Part shown: positions 12,701-27,700 of the stretch, one piece after another
Position numbering within the stretch: the stretch's first letter is position 1
How the letters are laid out: each line of letters starts with the position of its first letter
Assembly: GCA_951406725.2 (NCBI GenBank)
Contig: OX597832.1
Span: forward strand, 52,700,001 to 52,764,000
Length of the DNA stretch: 64,000 bases
Reading direction: 5' to 3'
DNA from: Octopus vulgaris
Taxonomy: Eukaryota
Translations under genes and position numbers: made by a program
Notes under the pieces: model-generated
What the model was told of the DNA's origin: nothing
Databases searched by the model: none
The model's input: the letters and a program-made list of their open reading frames with translations, nothing else

Positions 12701-15700
12701 AGGATACAGCATAGTAGGATGAGGCTACCCGGATACTGCATCAGATATTACCGGTGAAATTGCTAATAAGCTAATGCTCTGGCAATCAACAGAAGTAAGA
12801 ACCAGGAGAGGAAGGAGGAAGATGACTTATACAATACATGTGGTGTTTTTTTCTGTGTATCTTTCTGTCGAAGAGCATAGGCTCGAAACGTAAAAGACTT
12901 TTTCTATTCCTGAGCGCTATACTAATACATTTGTTTGTTAGTACTCCACCTGCCTTCGTCTTTTGTTTATTTTCGTAAACTTTCCCTTTATATATATATG
13001 TGGTGAGTGGTAAATTTCACTGCAGAAAATTCCACCAGGTAAATTTCACCGTGATAAATTCCACCATGGGAAATTTCTCATTCATATGTTGTGACAGAGA
13101 AATACACAAGTGTATTATTACAGTAGAAGATACACGACACTCTCTTTGCCACTTCCTCTCTCTCATTGCTATTACTTTCTCTCACTCCCTCTCAGTCATG
13201 GCAATTACTCTCATTACTTCTCCTTCACTGAATAACTATTGTCTCTCCTCTCCATTCACCATTCACTCCTACTGCATGGTTTTGGACAAATACATATAGA
13301 TACAAATATATAAAAACACTACACTCTGTCTGCCCACTGTCCACTCTATTTGTGTATGCTAGCAGATTCTGTGGTGTGTGGCCACAGTGGATTCATTTCA
13401 AACTATGTGCCTGCTAATGGGATCAAAGAGTAAAAATACAATGCCAAAACAATTAAGAATAAGATGTATAAGTATTCTAAACTTACTCTGTCAAGGAAAC
13501 ATTGCAAAAACCATTTTATGCTATACAATGATGGATACACTTCTTGTCTCAACTGAAAAAAAGAGAATTCATTTGATATTGTATTTTAATAAAAATTAAA
13601 TTTTGCAAAATGCAAAAATTACAGTGACAACGATTATTACATGGATTATAAAGACAAGTATACTTTATTTTAAAATATCTGGTAGACAAAGCAGCAATCA
13701 TATATAAAAATTAAAATACGCAGGAGTGGCTGTGTGGTAAGTAGCTTGCTTACCAACCACATGGTTTCGAGTTCAGTCCCACTGCGTGGCACCTTGGGCA
13801 AGTGCCTTCTACTATAGCCTTGGGCTGACCGAAGCCTTGTGAGTGGATTTGGTAGACGGAAACTGAAAGAAGCCCGTCATATGTATGTGTGTGTGTGTCT
13901 GTGTTTGTCGCCCCAACATCGCTTGACAACCGATGCTGGTGTGCTTGTGTCCCCATAACTTAGCGGTTCGGCAAAAGAGACCGATAGAATAAGTACTAGG
14001 CTTACAAAGAATAAGTCCTGGGGGTTGATTTGCTCGACTAAAGGCAGTGCTCCAGCATGGCCACAGTCAAATGAGTAAAAGAGTAAAGAGTATACCATAT
14101 TTCTCAGCATACAAGTCAAATTCTTCAGACCAAAATTTACAACCAAAAATAAGTAGGTCAACATATAGGACCAAAACAACTTCGAAAGACCAAAAATTCC
14201 ATGTGAAACGCAGTAGAATTTGGAAAGATAAAGATGACATTTGAATGTTTACACTACATACTATTTTGACTTGTATGTGCTGGAAAATACAGTACATTTA
14301 AAAATAAATAAAATATTTGACATTACTATTTAATCATTCAAACAAGTTGGTTAAGCATTAGAATAAAATGTTTCATAAAACATTTTCAAGAAAGATAATT
14401 ATCTGAGCCTAGAATACTTATAAAAGAGACCAAGAAGAACTAATGAGATAAATATAGAATTATTATAGGTATCGAATTCTTAAAACTAAATGCTTACCAA
14501 TTGCTTTCGAAGTTTTCCCAAATACTTTCGAAGAATGTTATCATGGTGTTCTTGAAGTCGGATCAGTTTCGGAAAACCAGGCATAAACAAACCTAAAAGC
14601 AAATCACAAGAGTTCCAACAGTTTTATTAAGAATAAAATACAAGTTTGTTCAACTAAATCCTCAAAATCATCATCATCATCATCATCGTTTAGCGTCCGT
14701 TTTCCATGCTAGCATGGGTTGGACGGTTCAACTGGGGTCTGGGAAACAAGAAGGCTGCGCCAGGCCCAGTCTGATCTGGCAGTGTTTCTACGGCTGGATG
14801 CCCTTCCTAACGCCAACCATTCCGTGAGTGTAGTGGATGCTTTTTACATGCCACCTGCACAGGTGCCAGATGATGCTGGCAAACGGCCACAATCAGATAG
14901 TGCTTTTAACGTGCTACCGTTAATAATAACAATCCTTTATACTAAAAGAACAGGGTCTCAAATTTTAGGGGCAGGGGACGGATGTGTAGGTCGATTACAT
15001 TGACCCCCAGTGCTTGACTGGTACTTATTTGAATTACACCCCTAAAGGATGAAAAGCAAAGTCCTCTTTGGCAGTATTTGAACATAGAAAAGTAAAGTCT
15101 GAAATGCTGTTAAGAATTTTGCCATGTATGTCAGCTTGTTAAATCTTAACTTCTTAAACCACTCCAATCCGCTTGAAAATGTAGCGCCCCGTCACTAGGT
15201 ACACAAATGGGTCACAGGATATGGCCTGTAACATTTCATGGTCACATATGCACATAGAAAGCTTCATAAAAGTTATTACATTCTGAACACACCTTCCCGT
15301 TTTTTGTCTCTATTGCCAGATCTTTGTATGAACAAAGGGAGAACTGTACATAAGAGTTAATTTTTTCTAATATAGGTAAACGGCCTGAAATTTGGTGGGA
15401 AGGGGTTTAGCTATTTACAACTACCTCAGTGCTCAAATTGTACTTAATTTATCACCCCTGAAAGGATAAAAGGTAAAGTTGACCGTAGCAGCATTTGAAC
15501 CCAGAACTTAAAGAGCCAGAAGAAATACCACTAAGGATTTAGCCCAGTATGGTAATGATTCTGCCACTGCATCAAATGATAATAATAATAGAGCACAAAC
15601 CATAGAGAGTGGTTGGATATGAAACCTGCAAAATCTGTGGAATTTCCCAATCCAAACAGACCAGGTGCTTGAGTACAAGCCAGACCTAGTGGTGGTGGTC

Positions 15701-18700
15701 AAGGTGAATCACATGTGCTCTACAACTAATGTTGCATGCCCCTTTGATCCACAAACAGCCAAGAAAGAAGGCGAAAAAATACACATATACAAGACAGCCA
15801 AGTTATGGAAAATGATGAAAGGTGAAGATAGTGCCAATTATTGTTTGGTCTTTGGGGACAGTATCAGGAGGCATCAAGAGAAATTATGAAGGAAGCAGGA
15901 ATAGAGTGCCCAGTAGAGCAATTTCAAAAGATTTGCCTCCTTGGCATGACCAGAATCTTCGGGAAAGTATTGGATAGTTGAAAAGAACAGACAGCATGGC
16001 ACCGTAAGCTGCAGGTAGCAAGCCTACTACATATACAAGACTCCAGGAGATCCAACAAAACCTGAGTGAAAAGAATAATAATAATATTCATGATAATAAC
16101 AGCAACAACACAAGTCATTAGGAAATATTTAAAAAGAAAATATGAACTCACCATGCATTCCGTGTTTTTTGTCAGTTAGTAATTGTGAAAGACCCCAGAA
16201 AGAATCCTAAAAAAGAAATGAATGATTATGAACAAAACCAATCAAAATAAAGGGTCAAATCATATAATTATAGGAGATGCAAATTAAAGCTATCTGGGGG
16301 TAGATCAGATCATTATTGAGCTAGTGTAGGTCAGTGTTATGCCCTGCCTTATATTTTTAGAATCTTGATGAAATCGTTAGCACGCCGGGCGAAATGCTTA
16401 GCGTTATTTCGTCTGCCATTACATTCTGAGTTCAAATTCCACCGAGGTTGACTTTGCCTTTCATCCTTTCGGGGTCGATAAATTAAGTACAAGTTACGCA
16501 CTGTCCTTGTTTGTCCTCTCTGTGTTTAGCCCCTTGTGGGTAGTAAAGAAATAGGTATTTCTCATCAAATAAATTTCTTAATTAATAAGGGCAGATACTG
16601 TATTTTCCAGCATACAAGTCGAAATTCTCAGACCAAAATTTGCAGCTAAAAAAGGTAGATCGACTTATACACCAGTATGACCTTAGAGGGCCAAAAACTC
16701 CATGTGACACACTGCAGGAATCAGAAAGATGTTTGAATGTTTACAATACACGTTTACACTATGTACTACATTGACTTCTATATTAAAAATGCAGAAACAG
16801 TTTTGTTATTCCTGTTCATTATACTCTTTCAAAGAGTCGTTACTCATTCTTACATCATTGCTGAGCAGAAAGCAAAAAGATCGTAGTATACTGTTGTAAA
16901 AACACTGATTCAAGTAACCTTATACAAATATCCTAAATTACTCATAGATCCTGCAAATATATGAAGGGTGATAATGGAAAAAAAAAAAAAAAAAAAAAAA
17001 TTCCTGACTTAAGAAATTTATTTGATGAGAAATACCTATTTCTTTACTACCCACAAGGGACTAAATACAGAGGGGACAAACAAGGACAGATAAACGGATT
17101 AAGTCGATTATATCGACCCATTGCGTAACTGGTACTTAATTTATCGACCCCGAAAGGATGAAAGGCAAAGTCGACCTCGGCGGAATTTGAACTCAGAATG
17201 TAACGGCAGACGAAATACCGCTAAGCATTTCGCCCAGCATGCTAACGATTCTGCCAGTCCACCGCCTTTGATGAGAAATACCAAAACATAACTGAATCTA
17301 CCCGCAACACTCAACCAAATGGTTTTAATTACAAATATTTGCATTGAGAGGTCACAACTCTGGTACGAAGGATATGCGAATAGAATGTTGCAGGAAGGAA
17401 TCATAAGACAGATTCTTGAAGCTGAGCCAACCATCAGGGAACTTAAGGGTAGACCAAAAAGGATATTGTTGGATAATATCCATAGTTCCAGTTGGTTGTG
17501 CTTGGGAAACTGACCAGAAAGTCTAATTGCTTCTGATAGGACCCCATGGAGGAGGGGGTCTGAGGACTCTACATCCATGGCCGTCCCAAGAATAGTGGGC
17601 AGAGAAGATGGATGGACGGATAGTTTGAGCTACAATCAGCATCACTAAATGAATACTTTCAAAATGGAGACATTTACAGGATTTTAGGTATTTCTGGATG
17701 CATTAAAAATTGCAAGCAAATTTAATTAAGTATTGACTAGTCTTCTTTATAATAGAAACACACAAAAGCCGTTCGATTCACTTCAACATTTAAGTTTAAT
17801 TTGTCAAAATATTTTCGTCGCTTAAAGACCGCGACCTGTTCACTGACAAAAATCCCTGCTGCATATACACACACACACACATGCGTACGTACATACATGC
17901 ATGTATGCATACATACATACGTACATATATATAACAAATTAACTGTTACTTTCTCAGATGCAGCATGGATTTTTGTCAGTGAACAGGTCGCGGTCTTAAA
18001 GCGACGAAAATATTTTGACAAATTAAACTTAAATGTTGAAGTGAATCGAACGGCTTTTGTATGTTTCTTCCACGCTGCAATTGTTTTCGTTTTCGTTTCA
18101 GCACACGATCTCAGATCAAATCACTTGCTATGCAAGTACATCTCCGTAATTCTTTATAATATTATGTTCATTTATTCAATGTTTGTCTTTCCATGCTAGC
18201 ATGTGATGGGCAGGATTTTACAGCTGGGTATGCTTCCTACCACCAAACCATACCTGTTTTCTAAGAAAGGCATACTTTATTTCACAGCTCTTTGAAACCA
18301 CTGACCAATCACTCGCTATGTCAACAACATTCATTGTTTCACTCAAGTCATGGTGAGGCTACAGGCATATTAAACATGAGGATATATAAATATGCTATAA
18401 ATATTTAGTATTTACCTCTTCATCCAGGTACATCAGAAGCAGAGCAGCTATTTCACTCATTCCTTGACAATAGCCAACCTCTGTGTTGTACATTGAGTAA
18501 CCAGACAATACATTGAACAATGCTTTTTGTCTGAAATAGAAAGACAACCACAATTTGTATTATATACTGAGAAGCCGACCAATACATTAGATGATGATGT
18601 TTTTTTTTTTTGCCTGAAATAGAAAATATCTACAAAGATTTTTTTGGTGTTGGGGGGCACTTCAAAAGCACGTTCTGATCACCAAGCATGAAGGTATAAA

Positions 18701-21700
18701 CAAATTATTGTTTGTCATATAAAATCGTTAGTTTTAATGACTTACTCTTCAAACAAAAGTTAATCCTGCCTCTACAATATCAAAAATTGAATGTGAGAAC
18801 AAAAAATTATTCCATTTCACTTTTACTGTTGTTATTTGCCAGAATAAATATTTGTTTCAAATTTTGACACATGGCCAGCAATTTGGGGAAAGGGGTTAAG
18901 TCAATTACATTGACCCCAGAGTTCAACTAGTACTTAGTTTATTGACCCCAGAAAGGCAAAAGGCAAAGTCAACTGCCACAGATTTTGAATGCAGAATGTA
19001 AAGATGGACAAAATGCTGCCAAGAATTTTGCCCAGCGTGCTAACGATACTGCCAGCTTATTGCCTTTGCCAGAGTAAATATTAAAATGGTTACAAAGCAA
19101 TGTAACTTAGGTTTTCGTTTACTCTTTACTCTCTTTTACTTGTTTCAGTCATTTGACTGCGGCCATGCTGGAGCACCGCCTTTAGTTGAGCAAATCGACC
19201 CCGGGACTTATTCTTTGTAAGCCCAGTACTTATTCTATCGGTCTCTTTTGCCGAACCGCTAAGTGACGGGGACGTAAACACACCAGCATCGGTTGTCAAG
19301 CAATGCTAGGGGGACAAACACAGACACACATACATATATATATACATATATACGACAGGCTTCTTTCAGTTTCTGTCTACCAAATCCACTCACAAGGCAT
19401 TGGTCGGCCCAGGGCTATAGCAGAAGACACTTGCCCAAGATGCCACGCAGTGGGACTGAACCCGGAACCATGTGGTTAGTTAGCAAGCTACTTACCACAC
19501 AGCCACTCCTGCGCCTAGAATCTTGTTGTTTTTTTTTTTTATTACTTCCCACTTTTTGCCACCAAGAAGACCTAACTTTGACATGTGGTGCAAGGAAAGG
19601 AAGGTGGTATAGATGGTAAAAATGATAATTCTTTGGGAAGCAAACGTCAAAGATGCTTTCCTCAGGTAAGACAGAAAATACTAAGTGAACTGATTGAACT
19701 CTGTGAAAACAATGGATGGGAGGCAATATGCCTTCTTGTAGAGATAGGTGTTAGAAGATCTGTTGGAACCAGGGATGCTAGATGGGCCTTGGATTGGTTG
19801 TGAAGAAGACAAAAGATGCTACCAGAAAACTGTTGGCAGCCACTGAGAAAGTAAGGCATTGCATCTGGCACAAGAGAGAGGGGCAGTTGGTACAACAAGT
19901 ATTAAGAATTTGGCCTAGGGTCACAACATCTGACTCAACAAAGTTTGTGGCTGTTGTGTGGGAATCTTGTTATCTGCGTGGGTGGGTGGCACCAGGCAGC
20001 TCTGATGTCACCGTTGGAGGGGCCCAAACACCTACAGAACTGCTTCACCACCTGACAAGATATCGACTCCTGTTTACCATAAAGATATAGCAAACAGCTT
20101 TAGTTACGTTTCGAAGGATTAAATTTAAACAATCATCATCATCATTTAATATCCACCTTCCATGCAGGCATGGGTTGGACGGTTTGACTGAAAACTAGAA
20201 AGCCAGGGGCTGCACCAGGTTCAAATATAATTTAGCAAGGTTTCTACGGCTGGTTGCCCTTCTTAATGCCAACCACTCCAAGAGCGTAGTGGGTGCTTTT
20301 TTCGTGCCATTGACCAGACACCAGCATCGGCTGCGACTATGGTCTCACTTGGCTTGACAGGTCTACACAAGTATGGTATATTGCCAATGGTCTTGGTCAC
20401 CTGTCACTGCTTCTATGAGGCCCAAAGCTTGAATTGTGATTTTTATGTGTCACCAGCATGGGTGCCAGTCAGATGGTACTGGCATCGGCCCTGACTACAA
20501 TTTCACTCAGTTCAACATGTCTTCACAAGCACAGCATATCACCCAACGACTGAAGGGTGCCTTTAATGGGCCAGTTATGGGACACTGGCATCAGTCATGA
20601 CTACAATTGCAAACACTAGCATAATATAATGCTCCACCATCATCTTTTAATGCTTGTCTTCCATGCTGGCATGTGTCAGACAGTTTGACAGGATCCAATA
20701 AGTTAGAGGGCCTCGTCATGCTCCAGTGTAATCATAATCATCATCATCGTTTAACGTCCGTTTTCCATGCTAGCATGGGTTGGACGGTTCAACCAGGGTC
20801 TGGGAAGCCAGGAGGCTGCACCAGGCTCCAGTCTGATCTGGCAGTGTTTCTGCAGCTGGATGCCCTTCCTAACACCAACCACTTTGTGAGTGTAGTGGGT
20901 GCTTTTTACGTGCCACCAGCACAGGTGCCAGGGGAGGCTGGCAGCGACCATGATCGGTTGGTGCTTTTTACGTGCCACCGGCACGGAATCCAGGCAAAGT
21001 GGTGCTGGCATTGGCCACGTTCAGATGGTGCTTTTTACGTGCCACCGGCACAGGTATCACAACTACAATTTCCATTTGATTTTTATTTTGATGTTGATGT
21101 ACTTGACTCAATAGGTCTCCTCAAGCACAGCAGGTCACCCTACGATCTAAGGTAAGCACAGCAGGTCGTTCTGCGATCCAAGGTACTTTGGATGGGCTGG
21201 GCCTGCTTTGCGAAACTGGTGCAGGAAACAGCCATGGGGGCTCCAGTATAACATAATTTAATATTATGATCTGGAAATAAAAGCAAGCCTTCTTTCTACA
21301 ACAACAAATGAACACCATACTTACTTCACGCCATATCTATCTCTGAACATTATGTTGTTTCGGTAGGTTCGGTTCACGTCCATATCAATCTGTTTGATAT
21401 ATGGTGAAACTTTTCTTGAGCGCATTATCATTTTCTGGAAAATAAAGAAATCAATATTTTAAAATCTGAACAAATTCAAATACTCAGAAAACATGTAAAC
21501 TTAGTAAATACTGGTTGAATCGGTGGATCATTTCATCACCAATTGGTGTACATTAAAAAGAGGCTTGCTATAGAAACAAAATAACAATTTTTGCTGCTGG
21601 ATCATCATAAGAAAATCCATTAGAAAGAGTAATTTCCAAGTAAATAATTCCCTAGTTAAACAAAGCGACGGTATAATCATCATCATTTAACATTCAAGTG

Positions 21701-24700
21701 TCATGTATGAAAGGGTTGAATGGGTTCACAAAGATCTGATGAGCCCAAGGGACTGCATTATGCTCCAGTACTGTAAATCCTTGCGTATAATCCACATTTT
21801 TTCCCAAAATTTAAAGGTCAATATCCCTAGTGCGTACTATATACAAGGTTAAAAATGAAAAATATTTTCTAAGCAATGTCCGAGTCTCTATTTGCTGTCT
21901 GGCAATGTTTATTCAGACGCATTTTGTGATGTCGGGCACAAAAATACCTTAAACTAAACCTGAAAGCAATGAAGTCATAAAAGAATCATCCATAACTTGC
22001 AGTAAGCAACATTTATTAAAATAAAAGTATTCAGAACACGGAATAACATGTAACAAAAACAATTTGCAAACATATTTACATTCCCGTATAACAGTTAAGA
22101 ACATCACCATTATTGTATTACGTATGCACAGAAGTGTTTGTTTGACTAGGTGCTGCTGGCTTAATTATGCACGACTCAAGTTAGAGAAGAGGTGTGTATT
22201 ATACACAAAGTTTAGGTTTTTCAGAGGTACAGCCCACTAAAAATCCCCTGCGTATTATACTTAAGGGCAGGCTATACTCGAAGATTTACAGTATGTGTTT
22301 TGGTATGGTCTCTACAGCTGGATGCTCTTTCTAACACCAATCTCTTTACAAAAGTGTACTGAATACCTTTTTATGTCACCATGCAGCTCACACGTTAATA
22401 AACCCCAAATGGAAAGTGGGGAACTTTAAGCTAAGAGAATAAGGAAAACAAAGGCAAAGGGGCTGGAGTACAGCCAGGATCTTGCTACGGAGGAATGATG
22501 AGACTCTTCTCATTTTAGAAAAGTAGGTGTGCACTATTAACAGTTAACACAATGGTTCCTCTGTTCTGCTACTTCACTTCCGCAACAATACAAATAACCC
22601 TCTTCAATATCACTTGAGGCACTCAAGTTGATATTCACAATCAGCAAATACTATCTAATCTATTACATGATGCCATCTCATTTAAAAAAACCCACACCAT
22701 TCTTTACTTACTCTCTTACTTGTTTCAGTCATTTGACTGCGACTATGCTGGAGCACCGCCTTTAATCGAGCAAATTGATCCTAGGAAGCCTAGTACTTAT
22801 TCTATCGGTTTCTTTTGCCGAACTGCTAAGTTACGGGGACGTAAACACACCACCATCGGTTGTCAAGCGATGTTGGAAGGTGGGGACAAACACAGACACA
22901 CAAACATATGCACACACGTACATACATATATATATACACATATATATGACAAGCTTCTTTCAGTTTCCGTCTACCAAATCCACTCACAAGGCTTTGGTCG
23001 GCCTGAGGCTGTAGTAGAAGACACTTGCCCAAGATGCCACGCAGTGGGACTGAACCCGGAACCAAGTGGTTGGTAAGCAAGCTACTTGTGCAATTTTGTA
23101 TTGTCTTACTTATGAGGAATATTATTCCACACTGGAAAGCTATGTATTCACTTTTTCTTCTGCAAAACAGCTGTTCTTGTCTCTTGGTTTCTTATCCCTA
23201 CTCAATTGAGGGGTTCTTGTCTTGCAGACACTTGGTGACCTCACCAGTGCTAGTACTTAGAAGAAAAGTACCCTATACACTCTATGTGGAGGCACATGGC
23301 CTAGTGGTTAGAGCAGTGGACTCGCGGTCGAGGGATTGCGGGTTCGAATCTCAGACCAGGCGATGTATGTGTTTATGAGCGAAACACCTAAGCTCCACGC
23401 AGCTCCAGCAAAAGGTAATGGCAAAACTTCTGACTCTTTCGCCACAACTTTCTCTCACTCTTTACTCCTGCATCTTGCAGCTCACCTGCGACGGACCGGC
23501 ATCCCGTCCAGGTGGGGAACCAATATGCCAAGAAATCGGGAAACCAGCCCTTATGAGCCAGGGATGGATCGAGAAGGAACAAACAACAAACTATACACTC
23601 TATAAAGTGGCTGGCATTAGGAATGAAATCCTGCTGTAGAAACCATGCCAAAGCAGACATCAGAGCTTGGTGTAGCCTTCTAGCTCATCGGTTCATGTTG
23701 AACTGTTCAACCCATGCCAGCATGGGAAGAGGCATGGTGATGATTATCTAACATCATTTCAAATCTTCTTTTGTTTACATCTACTGAAAGTATCTTCCAG
23801 TAAGTCTCACCTTTCATACCAAGTTTTTTCCTCTACTCATTAAATGTTTTCATGATATTTACATCAGTACATACAATTCATAAACCAAATGAATTCCTTT
23901 CTGGCTCCTGTATAGACTGCCACCATTCTTCGATGTACAATATTTCGCTGCTTTTATACAGGATGAAGTATTGGCTTTTATTCATGTCTTTTTACATTCA
24001 TTTTCCCACGTTAGCATGGGTTAGATGAATACATTACTGAGATATTATTTCACAGTCAGATAACCCTTCCTAATGCAAACTTTTACTGCTTTTCAAGTAA
24101 GGAGTCTTTTATTCCATACAGCTACAAAATGAGTGGACAAGTCATTGACAAGACAGATGCCAACAACAGCACCAGGTGACCATTATGACATGATTTTTGT
24201 GTAATTTGTGCTTCATTAGTAATAGGTATCCCTGCAACAGAATGCCAGACCAAAATTCCATCAAACCAATATAGAACAGTTGATACTGCTAAAAGCTAGC
24301 ATGCTGTACATAAATTAGCTATTAGTGATGGAAGCAGCCTTTGTGACGAATACTGATTTGCACACAGCATCTATCTATCTATATATCATCATCAAATATC
24401 CGCCTGCCATGCTGGCATGGGTTGGACGGCTCAACAGGAGCTGGCCAGGATACTGTGTCCGTTTTGGCATGGTTTTTACGGTTGGATGCCATTTCTAACA
24501 CCAACCACTCTACAGAGTGGACCGAGAGCTATATACATGGCACCAGAACAGGTGAGGTCAGTTTTGGCATAGTCTTTACAGCTGGCATTTTACAGTTGAC
24601 ATTTCCCAAATGCCAACCACTTCAGTGTGGACTGAATGCTTTTTATGTGGCACCAGCACTGGCAGGGTCACCAAGTAACTTGCAAGACAAAGAGTTTTGA

Positions 24701-27700
24701 GAAGGATGATCTTGTGTCAAATGATGAAAGGTTAGAGTGTGACAGAGAGACAGAGGCAGAAACAGGTGTCTTGCTATAAAGGAGGGGACATTGGAGGAGG
24801 TGATCTTGTTTCCCATTCCTGAAATTCTTGGATCAACTTATGAAAGAATAAAAATTTTGAGAAAAATTTGGGTAGCCACAATGTTACATAAGAGACAGGT
24901 TTCTAAAGGTACTAAAACACAGAGACTTGTATTTAAATATACAAACCTCATAGATTCCTTCTTGCTCTGATTTTACTTTCTTTACATCAAGAAGTCGTGC
25001 CCACACAATTCCACGCATTCTCTCAGGAATACCTTTGTACACCCGGCGTGCCATCTAGAAAATAGACAAAAGTAAATGAAAAGGTAAGTTAAAAATTATT
25101 CATCTTATCATTTAATAACAAAGAGAATGAAATATTTCCATCATACTTCCAAAAATGTTAAACTTGCAAAAGACCATTGCTTGAAATCTCAATTGCTCAA
25201 CAGAGCAACAAAAATTATATCACAAGAGCTGACCTTTCTCTTCAAGACTTTTGTAGCCTTGTAGATACTAGACAGTAATGAAAACAAAAACTGGGACACT
25301 TGAAAAAGTACTTGTTTTGTAAGTGTTTAGAGAGAGTAGTTGAATGAAAGCAATCAGGACATGGCCCTGATAATGTTATGTCTTCTGGTTAATATAAGCC
25401 TAGATGAATATCAATAAGAAAATACAAAGGCAAGTTAAAACTGACTGCACTGTAACATTTATTTCCGACACTAAAGTGAATACATCAACTGGCATGACAA
25501 GTAGAACTCTGTTAAAAACATTACAAGAAATGCAAAACTGTGTCAAACATTCTTGTTACAAATCACTTCTTGCTGAAGCTGCAAAGTTGAATTATCTGCT
25601 CTCATTATCAAAGATCCAACTTGCTTCCCTCAGGAATTAGGGATAAAATCATCCCTTAAATAACTGATGTAGGGATGGACAGTCCGTGCAAAGCCAAATG
25701 GGCTTGACTATCATGCAATAAACAAAAATAGGTAGCTAAAAGTAAAGAGCAACCATGCTTCTGCTAACAGTGTAATAAATTCAAAGACTAGGTAAGAATC
25801 AGGTCTCCACTATGAAAAGACAAAACGTTTTATATGCCCCCCCCTTTTTAACTATCCACTGATTGCATATGGACTAGTTCTATCATGTTAAACATGGACT
25901 AGTTCATGTTTGCAAGGGGGAAAAGACAATGTGCCTATTTTCTGCTGGTTCTTAAAGACCAAACAATAAACCTTTAAAAATATCAATAACTATCATATCT
26001 TGGATAGCAAAAAGCATCCAGAATAAAGTTGTTTCACAATTGCTTAATGAAACAAGATTCAACCCCCAACATACATTTGTGCTGTTTTCATCCACATTAA
26101 TATTATTATTATTAAGGCATCAAGGTGACAGAATCATTAGCATGCTGGGCGAAATGCTTAGCGGCATTTCGTCCATTTTTACATTCAAATGCTGTCTTTC
26201 ATCCTCTAGGGTTCAATAAAATAAGCACCAGTTGAGCACTTCATCATCATCATCATCATCCTTCAACCAACCTATGGTTGGTCGGAACTCCATTGACAAT
26301 CCCTTTCTGCACTACATGGTCCTGCATTGCTGTGTTCAGATCTCTAATATCCAGCCCTGAGTCCTGAGATATAGTATCTAAAAATGTCAGTTTCCTGGAG
26401 AAAACACTTCCAGAGGGATGACATAACCTCTTTCTCTGCTTAATAACAGTGGCCAGCAAATTGTAGTCGTTTCTGCTTTAGCTTGAGGAATATTGGTACC
26501 AATTTCCACAGATGTTACTATGTATTGGGTGTGACCTCCAACTGATGTTCTGTGTCTTTCTGAGCAGGTTGGTATATGTTCCATCTAGTTGCTTTTTTAA
26601 GAGAGCTGATATGGTCCAGGTCTCTGATCCATAGAGAAGAACCGGCTCAATCAGTGTTCTAAATATTTTAACTTTTAACATGGGTGGAAGGTTTGAGTGC
26701 CAGATCTTATCAAGTCTATTACATGCATCCCAAGCAAGAGCTTTGCAGATGTGAACGTCCTTTTGGAAGTCTACTATGTGTAATCCAAGATATTTGAAGT
26801 CGTCAACATTTTTGATTGATATATTACTGAGTGATTTAAGTTCAGTTAACTTGGAGGAGTTCGTGATAAAATCTGTCTTACTCTCAGTAAAGGCCAACCT
26901 GATGTGCTTCTTTCTCCAGTGTTTGTAACAAAGATTCTGCATCTTTAATACAATTGAATACCAAGGCAAGATCATCAGCAAAGTCAAGATCAGTTACATA
27001 TTGTGCACAATGCCGACTGCTCTGGCAGGGTTTCAAAAGGAGTCCCTTTTCCTCCATACTGTCTAGGGAAATGTGTAGAACATAGTCAAGAACAATGATG
27101 AACAAGAAAGGAGTTAGTGTGTCACCCTGCAGAATGCCTGCTTCAACTGCAAAGAAATCAGTCTCTCCATCAGGAGATATAACTGTGGCAGTAGCGTTTG
27201 TGTACAGCACTCTGATAGCATCAACAATCCTGGGAGGAATACCATAGTGTGCAAGGCTTTTAAACATAAGATATGTGCTTTGCGAAAGTCAACAAAACAG
27301 ATTGTGACACTCTTGTTAATTGACTTGGCTCCTCCTCTAAAACTACTGACCTTGTGCCAAAATTTGAAACCATCACTGTAATTACTATTATTATTAAGGC
27401 GGCGGTGAGCTGGCAGAATCGTTAGCATACCAGGTGAAATGTTCAGCAGCATTTCATTTGTCTTTATGTTCTCCCACTTTCAATTTAACAATGTGTATAT
27501 ATATATCTATGTATCAACTTTTCTTTTGATCTATGTACCTACTTTTCTTGTGATGTGATAAACATTTAAAAACACAACACAAATGCAGTCACTACTCAGT
27601 CTCTTTCACTCTCTCTGTTTCTCTCTTACTTCCTCTCTGAAACATTTTAAACACAAAACGAACACTGTCGCCACTCATTGTCTCTTTCACTCTCTCTCTC

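Noticed and set aside
23288-23362. tRNA-like sequence (also the heads of other SINEs)
   Set aside because: No complete acceptor stem; continues into a SINE body and tail with a TSD.
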